The position numbers and the translations under genes were made by a program. Below are positions 11,159 to 20,485 of a stretch of DNA of 32,000 bases, one piece after another. Position 1 is the first letter of the stretch, and the number at the start of each line of letters is the position of its first letter. Source of the stretch: Promethearchaeum syntrophicum (lineage in GTDB: Archaea; Asgardarchaeota; Lokiarchaeia; Sigyniarchaeales; Promethearchaeaceae); contig NZ_CP042905.2 in NCBI RefSeq assembly GCF_008000775.2, positions 1,530,001-1,562,000 on the forward strand. Reading direction: 5' to 3'. Below the pieces are notes generated by a model. The model searched no databases. It was not told the DNA's origin and worked only from the letters and a program-made list of their open reading frames with translations.

Positions 11159-11420
11159 TCAATAATTCTGTATATTCTATTTTTTTAAAAAAATACCCTA
11201 ATGAGTTTTTTTTCAATTTTTTGTGTTAATTTTCTTTTATTTCGAGTCCCTTTATTTTTTTAGCAAAAATATTCCGAGGAACGATAATACCTAGAAAAAA
11301 AACCTAATTAAAATTAACTAAAATAATGATATTAATGAAAACATGGAAATTTTGAGCAAATTGAATAAATTGAAAATTTAATATTAGAATAAGGCAATAA
11401 TATTATTATAAGAAGGTTAC

Positions 11421-14387
11421 GTGTTAGAAATGCCCGTTGACGAAACACTACAAAATTTGGCTTTTGAATTAACTGATGAAGCCGAAAGTTATTTAGACAA
11501 TGGAAATTACTCAGAAGCGATTCTAAAATTCCAACAAGCCCTGGATTTATTTCAAAAAGCTGGTTTAGATGCTATACAATTTGAAAAAGCACGACAGATG
11601 ATTTTGAAACGTCAGAAAAAAGCGATGGATCTGGATCAAGATAGTAAAAAAAAAAAAAGTATAACTCAAAATAAAGATGTTTCTGCACCTATATCGACTC
11701 CACCAACTGGAGAGCAAGATTTGGTGAATGATGGGCTTGATCTTTTGGAAGAAGCGGAGGAATTACTCGATGCAGGAAGATATAATGAAGCAGTTCAATA
11801 TTTCTATTCTGCCTCAGAAATTTTAAAAACAGCCGGGTGGACTCAAGAGCAGTTAACAAATATTAAAAATGTTGTAGATACCATTTTAGAAATGTTAGGG
11901 CAATCTGGACAGTCAGCACAACCCTTGAGTGTTAGAAGTCAAGAATCAACTCAAGCCAAACCTATGTTTGTGCCTACATTTATGAAAACTGATCAAAAAG
12001 ATATTATTGATCCCAGTTCTAAACAAGGACAACCGAGGGTTTCTCAACCATATATTCCCAGTTATCTAAAAGTTTCAGGCAAACAACCTGATTTTATCCC
12101 TGAACAAGAGAGGAGACACCCAAATCAGCAAACCCAAGCCGGGTACCAACCATCTTTTCTGAAATCGGGACAAAAAGATTATACTCCCCAAGAAAAATCG
12201 AAAAATCAAACAGGTAGAACAAGATCTGATGGGCAATATATTCCTACGTTTGCTAAACAAGAACAAGAATCTGCTCAATTCGATGGCACTAGCGTGAAAA
12301 AAGCATTAAGTCTCGCTTCAGAAGGGAAACCTTTTGATTTTAGTGAAATTTCTTCAGAACCCCATGAAGGCGAGCCTGCATCTATATCTTCTCCAAAAAT
12401 TGATCAAAAATTATCACCCAATACTCCAATGTTCATAATTGTTGAAAAACGAAAATCGGTGGAAAAAAAAACACAAGATATTATGAAATTGTTTAAAGAA
12501 AAACAAGAGACCCAACAAGCAAAGTTACAATCCGTCTTTGATATTATTGATAAAATTCGTGATAACGAACAAGATCGTAAATTCAATTTAGCTATTTCCC
12601 AATTAAACAATAGCATTGAAAAAATTAAAGAAATTCCGGGTTGGACTGATCAAGCCACAGTTCTTTATGCATGGTTGATTGTTTTGAAAGAAAAACAAAG
12701 GATCAATTTTGATCCCAGGGATGAAAATGTTATATTTGATTTTGGAAAAATAAGAAGTGAATTCAATAAAATAATGGAGGACTCATTAGCTCTTTCTTCT
12801 AGCAGTGAGGTAACGATTTCATTTAATGATCTAATTAACCAAGAATTAACCGCTGAACAACTCTACAAAAGCAAAATTGAAAATGAAGCTGAAATCCAAG
12901 GGATAATTTCTCAACTTCTAGTAGAAGGGAAGAACCTTGCTGATAAAGAGAATTTTGTAGAATCTATCACGAAATATAACAAAGCCTCCTTACTTTTTAA
13001 TAATTTAGAGTGGTATGAGCAAATCAAACAGATTAAAGAGATCATTGAAGAATTAGCAGTAATTCAAAAAATTAATGATCAAGTGTTAATAAAAGTACAA
13101 GGTAAATCGATTGAAGGGTTAGAAGCGAAGCAAATTAAATCTGCGGTGGCTAAAAATTATAAAAACCGCCAAGAACGGATTGCTTATTTAGAAGATCAGA
13201 AAGGAAAACAACATACGGTTCAAGATGAAGCATTTTCAATGATTAATAAAGCGGAAAAATTGTTTCATTCGCAAAATTATGACGAATCAATCGGATTATA
13301 TAAAAAAGCCGTAAACTTACTCTTAACCGTTGGTTGGGAATCACAGATACCAACTATCCATGATCGAATTTCGGAAATCAGGTATGAACGGGATAAATTT
13401 ATTCTCCAAGTTCAGAAAGCTTATCAAGATGAGCTTGATCGAAAAGAAGAAACTCAAAAATTGCAGGATCAATTCCAGCAACTAATTCAAGAGAAGATTG
13501 AAGAAGGACCTCCTGAACAAACTGTCGTTAAAGAAGACGCTCAACAAGATTATGAAGTACACCGGCAAAAATTGGAAAGTGTTCAGAAAAGAATTACCAC
13601 TTTATTAGAATCCGCGGATAATTATTCAAATGTCCATCAATTTTCTCAAGCGTATGAAACCATAGCAGAAGCTAAGACTGTTATGCTCGAACACAATTGG
13701 AAAGATCAATTATCCTTTTTAGAGAATTTTTCTTTAAGAATCAAACATGAAGAAGAATTATACAAGAAAAAATTACAATTAGAACAAGCAAACGAACAAA
13801 AAGTTTTACAAAACCAATTAGAATTTGAAAACTTTCTTAATGAACAATCACAGATAATTGAAAAAGAACGCGCTGAAAAACAAGCAAAATTAATGCAATT
13901 CCAATCAAAACAAAAAGAACAACATCAAATACGAGAAGACGCGTTTAAATACATGGAAGAAGCCGAAACTGCTATGGCTAAAAATCAATATGAAAACGCT
14001 ATCGATTTATATCAACGAGCAAATCAACTATTTCTAGAGATTGGATGGAATATTGACATTAACTCTCAAATTCAAAAAGTAGCTCAAGAAAAATCCACTT
14101 ACATCCGTCATATTAAAGAACAAGAAGATAGAAAACTTGCATTAGAAAATCAAAAAAGGCAAATTGAACAAAAGAAAGAACAAAAAAAGGCGGAAGTCGA
14201 TAATGCATTCCAAGATGTTAAATCTATGTTAAGAGCGATGAAAAGCCCCGTAAAACAAGAAGAAGAAATCGAAAAAGCGAAAAAAGTTAAAGCAATTTCC
14301 GCCAAAGAAGAAGCTGAAGCAAAAGCAAAAGCAAAAAAAGAATTAAGCGATTTTAGAGCAATGATTAAAAAAACGGCAAAGAGATAA
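11421..14387 (+). CDS. Large protein with repeated TPR/MIT-like helical hairpins, a disordered linker and coiled coils
   Basis: 988 aa; seven alignable ~30-aa hairpin repeats (e.g. AEELLDAGRYNEAVQYFYSASEILKTAGWT, AEKLFHSQNYDESIGLYKKAVNLLLTVGWE, AETAMAKNQYENAIDLYQRANQLFLEIGWN). Confidence 0.8.
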   Translation: MLEMPVDETLQNLAFELTDEAESYLDNGNYSEAILKFQQALDLFQKAGLDAIQFEKARQMILKRQKKAMDLDQDSKKKKSITQNKDVSAPISTPPTGEQDLVNDGLDLLEEAEELLDAGRYNEAVQYFYSASEILKTAGWTQEQLTNIKNVVDTILEMLGQSGQSAQPLSVRSQESTQAKPMFVPTFMKTDQKDIIDPSSKQGQPRVSQPYIPSYLKVSGKQPDFIPEQERRHPNQQTQAGYQPSFLKSGQKDYTPQEKSKNQTGRTRSDGQYIPTFAKQEQESAQFDGTSVKKALSLASEGKPFDFSEISSEPHEGEPASISSPKIDQKLSPNTPMFIIVEKRKSVEKKTQDIMKLFKEKQETQQAKLQSVFDIIDKIRDNEQDRKFNLAISQLNNSIEKIKEIPGWTDQATVLYAWLIVLKEKQRINFDPRDENVIFDFGKIRSEFNKIMEDSLALSSSSEVTISFNDLINQELTAEQLYKSKIENEAEIQGIISQLLVEGKNLADKENFVESITKYNKASLLFNNLEWYEQIKQIKEIIEELAVIQKINDQVLIKVQGKSIEGLEAKQIKSAVAKNYKNRQERIAYLEDQKGKQHTVQDEAFSMINKAEKLFHSQNYDESIGLYKKAVNLLLTVGWESQIPTIHDRISEIRYERDKFILQVQKAYQDELDRKEETQKLQDQFQQLIQEKIEEGPPEQTVVKEDAQQDYEVHRQKLESVQKRITTLLESADNYSNVHQFSQAYETIAEAKTVMLEHNWKDQLSFLENFSLRIKHEEELYKKKLQLEQANEQKVLQNQLEFENFLNEQSQIIEKERAEKQAKLMQFQSKQKEQHQIREDAFKYMEEAETAMAKNQYENAIDLYQRANQLFLEIGWNIDINSQIQKVAQEKSTYIRHIKEQEDRKLALENQKRQIEQKKEQKKAEVDNAFQDVKSMLRAMKSPVKQEEEIEKAKKVKAISAKEEAEAKAKAKKELSDFRAMIKKTAKR

Positions 14388-14441
14388 AACAAAATAGTAA
14401 GAGTGACTTAGAGATACAAGAAGAGAATAATTAGACGTGAT

Positions 14442-15380
14442 TTGCCCTTGAACGATCAAATATTGCGGGTTACAATTATTACATCCACCGAAGATATTGC
14501 ATCCCAAACCATCCGAAGTAAATTATTGGAGCTTTATCCTTTCAAATTACAGAAGGATCTTGGCAAATGGAACAAAAATACTTTTAATAGTGTATTCAAA
14601 TATATTCATACAAATCCAGATTTCCCGTCGATTGAATTTTCCCTAATTGATACCGATATCTCGATGATTAGGCTTGATGATTATCTTTCCCCTGATGATA
14701 TGTTTGGAGATCTGATCATATTTGCAAGCCGTCACCAATCCAAAAGTGAACGAACTGCATTATTATGCCATACTCCGGGAAATTTGAATGAGGATAATTC
14801 TGCTGGTGGGGAACCTTTCAAAATTGCAAAGGGAAGCGGATTACTCTCGTATTATTGTTACAGCCATTTAGTAGATTTAGTGCAAAAAGAGGAACATTAT
14901 GATGTTCCCGTAAATCATGAGGTGACTCATCATGGGCCGACAAAATTCATTCAACCAAGCATTTTTATCGAACTGGGGAGCACCGAAGTGGGTTGGAAAA
15001 ACGAAACAGGAGGAAAAATTATCGCCCACGCAATTTTTAGTACCTGCTGCAATTTATCTCAAAAACATTATAGGGCAGGTAAATGGCACAAACATGATAT
15101 CAGGGTAGGAATTGGATTTGGTGGGGGACATTATATGCCAAGTTTCTCTTCATGCATTGAGAATATGATCGGTTTTGCCCATACTGTCTCAAAACATAAG
15201 GTATTTGATTTAACTATCAAAATGATCCAACAGATTCTTGATCGCACACTGGAAACGATCGATTACTGGGTGATTGATTGGAAAGGGCTTAAATCCGCAG
15301 AAAGATTGCATGTCCTTTCATTGTTAAAAAATTTCGATTCGATTCCGTATAAAAAATCAAAAGAACTAAGACAAAATTGA
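14442..15380 (+). CDS. dtdA: Archaeal/plant-type D-aminoacyl-tRNA deacylase (DTD2/GEK1 family)
   Basis: 312 aa; NHEVTHHGPT, IELGSTEVGWKN, GIGFGGGHYMPSF motifs. Confidence 0.9.
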   Translation: MPLNDQILRVTIITSTEDIASQTIRSKLLELYPFKLQKDLGKWNKNTFNSVFKYIHTNPDFPSIEFSLIDTDISMIRLDDYLSPDDMFGDLIIFASRHQSKSERTALLCHTPGNLNEDNSAGGEPFKIAKGSGLLSYYCYSHLVDLVQKEEHYDVPVNHEVTHHGPTKFIQPSIFIELGSTEVGWKNETGGKIIAHAIFSTCCNLSQKHYRAGKWHKHDIRVGIGFGGGHYMPSFSSCIENMIGFAHTVSKHKVFDLTIKMIQQILDRTLETIDYWVIDWKGLKSAERLHVLSLLKNFDSIPYKKSKELRQN

Positions 15381-15561
15381 TAATCTATTTTTTTTTATTA
15401 TCCAGAACTTTTTAAGAAAAATCTGATTAAATCTTTTGATTTAAAATTAATCTACGAGAAATTTATGATAGACATAAGAGATGCTATGTTTAAAAAATAG
15501 TTTAAAATGCTAATAATTTCAGAAGATACTTAGAATTTAATTAAATTTAGGATGAATCTTC

Positions 15562-18006
15562 ATGAATAATAGGAAAATTCCACGTAGTTCTTACATAAAA
15601 ATTGTCATTATCCTAATTTTATCTAACTCCTTGTGGATTTCAATTTCTTTTCAAAAACAAGATGCATTATATCAAGAAACAGAAGTTCACACTAATTTAT
15701 ATGCTCAGATTTTTAGAGAAGAGATTAATGAACGAATAAATTTAATGAAAATTTTTCAATCACAATGGGTGAATGATGATAATGAATCCAAACTCTATGA
15801 TTATGATAGATTCTTATCTTTGGCTCCTCAATTTTGGGACATATATGTGGGGATGCTAGCAATAAGCTGGATTAATATTTCTGGATATATAAAATGGGTT
15901 TATCCTGTAGTAGAGACTACACCTCCTCTCAACATTTCTGTAGTTATTAATGAAGATGGAACAATAAATGATGGGTTATATAATGCTAAAGAATCTGGAA
16001 ATGTAAGTCTCAGATTTACAACAAATTTAATTCGAGGTGGGATTGGATATACCGCGTATTATCCCCTAATTTGGAATAATTCGATAACTGGATTTTTTGC
16101 ATTTGTATTTCGATCTTCTGAATTAATTGAAGAAATCGTTTTAGGGTCGCCAGATCTCAATGATTATTCATTCAGTATTTTTGGAAATCAAACAGAATTA
16201 TATCAATTTGGGGAAATCTTTGATTTAAATTCTAAACACACCGTAAATTACAATTTATCTTTTTATGACCATTCATGGCAACTCTATTTTTGCCCAATAT
16301 CAACAAATATTCGAGATGCTTCACCGTTAGGTAACTGGCAATTATTAATTTTTGGCATTTTATTACCCTTTATTACAATTCTTGCAGAAATTATTATTTT
16401 AACTCAAAAAAGAAAAACTAGAAAGACTGTATCCGAAAAAAAAAAATTAGAAACTCAACTGAAAAGAAGTGAGAGTGATAGATTACTAATTTTGGAAAAT
16501 TTGAGGGAAAATGTTATTTATTATGATAATCCTGATTTATCAATTAAGTGGGCAAATAAAGCAGCAAAAAAAGCTTTTTCCAAAATAATTGACCATTCGT
16601 TTAAAGATGAACGTCATTGGGATATACTAAACCAGAAATGCTATAAAATTTGGTATGGAAAATCTAAAGGTTGTATTGATTGTCCAGTATTAAAAGCATT
16701 TAAAACCAGCAAAGAATCCCGATTAATAAAAAAAAGTTTAGATGGAAAAATTTGGAGTATTAATGCATTTCCAGCCTTCGATAAAAACAATAAAATCGTT
16801 GGTGTTGTTGAAGTAATGATCGATATCACTGTTCAAAACAAGATGGAAGAAAATCTTAGACATTCACAGAAAATGGATGCTGTGGGGCGTTTAGCTGGAG
16901 GAATTGCACATGATTTTAATAATTTTCTAACAGTTATCAATGGATATTGTGAATTAATATTAAACCAAATTGAAGATGAAAATCCAATACGAGAAGATTT
17001 GCAAGAAGTTAGTCATGCAGGAAAACAGGCAGCTTTTTTGACTCAACAACTCTTAAAATTTAGTAGAAAACAAATTTTCCAAACTCAAATATTAGATTTA
17101 AATGAAATAATTGCAAATATGAATAAAATGTTAACCCACTTAATCGGAGAAAATGTCGAATATAATTCCAATTTGGGCTTTGGAGAGTATAAAATTGAAG
17201 CAGATCCAAACCAAATTGAACAAATTATTATGAATCTCGTAATTAATGCTCGTGATGCAATGCCAAAGGGAGGGATACTTACGATTGAAACCCAGAATAT
17301 ATTTTTGGATGAAGATTCAGCCACAAGTTATCCATTTTTAGTTGATCCTGGTATGTATGTTTTAATTATTATTTCAGATACAGGCATTGGAATGTCCGAA
17401 GAAATTCGAGAACACATTTTTGAACCATTTTTTACCACAAAACCTCAGGGAAAAGGGACAGGACTCGGATTATCTACAGTTTTTGGCATTGTAAAGCAAT
17501 CCAATGGATTTATTACCGTACATTCTGAACTGGGAAAAGGTACACAGTTAAAGGTATATTTACCGCAAGTTAATAAACCCATTGTAGAACTTAAAAAAGA
17601 AGAATCCATATTAGTTGGATTTGAAGGCCACAAGACAGTATTATTCGTTGAAGATAATGATTTGATTTTAAAATATTTAAAAAAAATATTAGAATCCAAT
17701 GATCTCACTGTTTTAATAGCCAGAGATGGTATCGAAGCCATAGAGATTTTTAACGAAAATCATGATAAAATTGATCTCTTAATTACAGATATAATAATGC
17801 CAAGAATGAGTGGTATTGAATTAATAAATGATCATCTATTGCATATTGAGCCCAACCTCAAAGTTTTACTTATTTCTGGATATTCTCCAGACACAATAAA
17901 AATTCCTGAAAAAATTATCCAAGATGGCAATTTCCTACAAAAACCCTTCACTGCTTCCCAATTAATTCAAAAAATAAATTACATTTTAAGAATAAAAGAA
18001 GATTAA
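15562..18006 (+). CDS. Hybrid sensor histidine kinase (TM-extracytoplasmic-TM-PAS-HisKA-HATPase-REC)
   Basis: 814 aa; two TM segments, PAS with CYKIWYGKSKGCIDCP, H-box GGIAHDFNN, N-box NLVINARDAM, G-box GTGLGLSTVFGI, receiver LLITDIIMPRMSG. Confidence 0.95.
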   Translation: MNNRKIPRSSYIKIVIILILSNSLWISISFQKQDALYQETEVHTNLYAQIFREEINERINLMKIFQSQWVNDDNESKLYDYDRFLSLAPQFWDIYVGMLAISWINISGYIKWVYPVVETTPPLNISVVINEDGTINDGLYNAKESGNVSLRFTTNLIRGGIGYTAYYPLIWNNSITGFFAFVFRSSELIEEIVLGSPDLNDYSFSIFGNQTELYQFGEIFDLNSKHTVNYNLSFYDHSWQLYFCPISTNIRDASPLGNWQLLIFGILLPFITILAEIIILTQKRKTRKTVSEKKKLETQLKRSESDRLLILENLRENVIYYDNPDLSIKWANKAAKKAFSKIIDHSFKDERHWDILNQKCYKIWYGKSKGCIDCPVLKAFKTSKESRLIKKSLDGKIWSINAFPAFDKNNKIVGVVEVMIDITVQNKMEENLRHSQKMDAVGRLAGGIAHDFNNFLTVINGYCELILNQIEDENPIREDLQEVSHAGKQAAFLTQQLLKFSRKQIFQTQILDLNEIIANMNKMLTHLIGENVEYNSNLGFGEYKIEADPNQIEQIIMNLVINARDAMPKGGILTIETQNIFLDEDSATSYPFLVDPGMYVLIIISDTGIGMSEEIREHIFEPFFTTKPQGKGTGLGLSTVFGIVKQSNGFITVHSELGKGTQLKVYLPQVNKPIVELKKEESILVGFEGHKTVLFVEDNDLILKYLKKILESNDLTVLIARDGIEAIEIFNENHDKIDLLITDIIMPRMSGIELINDHLLHIEPNLKVLLISGYSPDTIKIPEKIIQDGNFLQKPFTASQLIQKINYILRIKED

Positions 18007-18310
18007 CAATTTCAATTCATTATATTAAAAATATTTCTTTGAAAAGATCCTTTACAGTGATTTTGATTGAAAAATGCTAAAGTCCATTGAAAATTTGCAC
18101 CTCCTTTCTTTATTAAGAAAATTTGATTTGATTCTGAATAAAGAATAAAAAAAAATTTGAAGAACTTAAGAGAACTCAGAAAAATTCAGAATAATTTGGA
18201 ATACCTTGGAAAAAGTTAAAAATTTATATGTCAATTTTGTATATTTCAATATTTGAGCTTTGAATATTTTTAGATAATGTGAAAATTTTTGAAAATAAAA
18301 GTGATGAAAA

Positions 18311-18583
18311 ATGGTAAAATTTGATAAAAAAAAGCCGACTCAAGAAGAACTTACCAAATTAGGCGTGAAAGAATGGGGGACATGGACTAAAGAAGTCAGT
18401 GAATTCCCCTGGGAATATGACAGCAAAGAAACCTTTTATGTTCTCGAAGGGGAAGCTGAAATTGCTTCTGAAGGAGAAACAATCTCATTTGGGCCAGGTG
18501 ATTTGGTTACATGTTATTCTGGACTAAAATGTACGTGGAATGTTAAAAAACCGATTAAAAAACATTATCGATTTGGTGATTAA
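18311..18583 (+). CDS. Small cupin-domain protein
   Basis: 90 aa; ETFYVLEGEAEIASEGETISFGPGDLVTCYSGLKCTWNV. Confidence 0.85.
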   Translation: MVKFDKKKPTQEELTKLGVKEWGTWTKEVSEFPWEYDSKETFYVLEGEAEIASEGETISFGPGDLVTCYSGLKCTWNVKKPIKKHYRFGD

Positions 18584-18633
18584 TCCTTTTTTTTTCTCTC
18601 TTTATATTAATATAAAAGATATAAATATATGGT

Positions 18634-18649
18634 ATTGTATGTATACAAT
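18634..18649. promoter_or_regulatory. Candidate operator: ATTGTAT-GT-ATACAAT perfect inverted repeat abutting the antitoxin ATG
   Basis: 7-bp arms, 2-bp centre, ends one base before the ATG at 18650; AT-rich TATA-like tract just upstream. Confidence 0.55.
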
Positions 18650-18925
18650 ATGTCATCAACAGTAAGAATTACTAAAAAAGATAAACAAGAATTAGAAAAC
18701 CTGATTAATTATCTCAATTATAAAGGAAAATCAAAAATTACTCAAGAACAAATGATTTCTCTATTAATAAACGCAGGTATTAAACGAAAACATGAACTAT
18801 TAGAACAAATTCTTAAACCTGAGAACGATTATGATTGGAAAAATGACCCAATATTTTCATTAATTGAAATTGAATTGGATGAAAATTCAAGTGAAACAGT
18901 AGACGACATAGTATACGGAGATTGA
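18650..18925 (+). CDS. Putative VapB-like antitoxin
   Basis: MSSTVRITKKDKQELENLINYLNYKGKSKITQEQMISLLINAG...; small protein immediately upstream of the PIN gene. Start at the ATG at 18650 rather than the track start 18629. Confidence 0.7.
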   Translation: MSSTVRITKKDKQELENLINYLNYKGKSKITQEQMISLLINAGIKRKHELLEQILKPENDYDWKNDPIFSLIEIELDENSSETVDDIVYGD

Positions 18926-18929
18926 AAAG

Positions 18930-19370
18930 ATGCCGGTAGAAATCTTCTTAGATACAAGTTTTATAATCTCGCTCTTTAATAAAACCGATAAAAATCATAA
19001 TAAAGCAAAGGAAATGATTCTGAAAACATTTGAAAATAATGCTAACACTGTTTTCGTTTATTCAGATTATATTTTTGATGAATTGATAACTTTTATGAAG
19101 AAAAAGAAAATATCTTCAAGCATCATCCAAAAAAATGGAGATAAAATTTTAAAATCAAAACTATGGATGAAAATTCCTATTTCTGAAACAGTATTTCAAA
19201 AATCTTGGAACATGATAAAAAAATTTAAAGATAAATCATGGAGTTTTACGGATGTCAGTTCATTTGTCCTTATGAAGCAACTAAACATTCTCTATTTCCT
19301 TTCGTATGATACTCATTTCTTACAAAATCCCGAAATTTCTCCTTGGATAATATCCCAAGAAAAATCCTAA
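18930..19370 (+). CDS. PIN-domain protein, VapC-like toxin
   Basis: 146 aa; MPVEIFLDTSFIISLFNK...YSDYIFDELITF...SFTDVSSFVLM...LSYDTHF; acidic PIN residues preserved; 4-bp gap to the antitoxin. Confidence 0.85.
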   Translation: MPVEIFLDTSFIISLFNKTDKNHNKAKEMILKTFENNANTVFVYSDYIFDELITFMKKKKISSSIIQKNGDKILKSKLWMKIPISETVFQKSWNMIKKFKDKSWSFTDVSSFVLMKQLNILYFLSYDTHFLQNPEISPWIISQEKS

Positions 19371-19813
19371 ACTTTGTAATACTTATAAGCAAAAAAAAAT
19401 ATATATAGGTAACGACAAAATTGATCCATATAATTTTTATGAATTTCCCTTTATTCCTATGACAAAAAGGAAGGATTTAAATATTCATCTGTCTAAGAAG
19501 TACTTGAGCTCGGATGACATCATTTTAATATCCTTCTTTTGAATGGTATCCTCCCTCTAGGCTCGTTTTGAGCCAATATTTTGTTTTGTTTGTAAGATGC
19601 TTCCGATGCTCTTTATACCCTCAATTTTACTCGTTTAATAAGAATTAGGTTAAAATTGATGAGTTTTTAAATTTATGGCTAAAGAAATTTTGAAATCTAA
19701 AATTGATATAAAAAATTCGAATTTAAATATTATGCAAAAAAAACGAATAGAAGTAGTTTCGTTGCATGTAGTTAAATTTTTTATGCAATATTGAGTATGT
19801 TTTTATTTATCGC

Positions 19814-20449
19814 ATGAAAAATAATCAAGAAAATATAAACAGTTTTAAAAAATGGGATAGTCATACATTCCGTTGGGCTTTTGTTTGTTTTCTATTGATT
19901 GGCTCTGTTAATGGCTTATTTACTTATCTATTTGATGTTCTTCTTTTTGAAAATAAAATAGGATATGGGTTTTTTTATTTTGTTTTGATATTCTTTGGAA
20001 TAATTTTATATTATTTTTACGTTAGGTTTCAACGTAATTGGTTTGGGATTTTTGCTTTTGGATTAATGGGTTTTATCGGAATTGGTATTGAACTGTGGTT
20101 AGAATATTACACAAATCCCGTTCTCAAATCTCCTTGGGCTGCAGTGGGGTGGGGATTAATTTATTGTGGTTATGGATTAATTGCGGATTTTTCTATGTGT
20201 CTTAAAAAGATTATTCAGAAAGAGCAGACAGTTATTCTATTATCAGCAGGTATTTTTGGTCTTGGATCGATTTTATTGAGCATAATTCCCTTACAATTCT
20301 TTTATGTGCCGAATCCTGATGAGGATGCAAAAAGTTTTTTAACTTACGGTGTTTTTCTTATACCTTATGCGGTTCTTCAGACCATTATGGGGGCATATAT
20401 TGGGATGAAACTAGCACAACAAAAAGATTTCATAACTAAATCAAAGTGA
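19814..20449 (+). CDS. Multi-pass membrane protein of unknown function
   Basis: 211 aa with about six hydrophobic segments. Confidence 0.7.
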   Translation: MKNNQENINSFKKWDSHTFRWAFVCFLLIGSVNGLFTYLFDVLLFENKIGYGFFYFVLIFFGIILYYFYVRFQRNWFGIFAFGLMGFIGIGIELWLEYYTNPVLKSPWAAVGWGLIYCGYGLIADFSMCLKKIIQKEQTVILLSAGIFGLGSILLSIIPLQFFYVPNPDEDAKSFLTYGVFLIPYAVLQTIMGAYIGMKLAQQKDFITKSK

Positions 20450-20485
20450 GTTAACTTTATTTTTCGGCTCTCCAATAACAATGAT

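Noticed and set aside
12075-12616. Minus ORFs 12075-12278 and 12404-12616
   Set aside because: Antisense to the strongly coding 988-aa ORF; also applies to 14150-14392.
16641-17741. Minus ORFs opposite the histidine kinase (16641-16829, 17085-17324, 17445-17741)
   Set aside because: Kinase and receiver motifs establish the plus strand as coding here.
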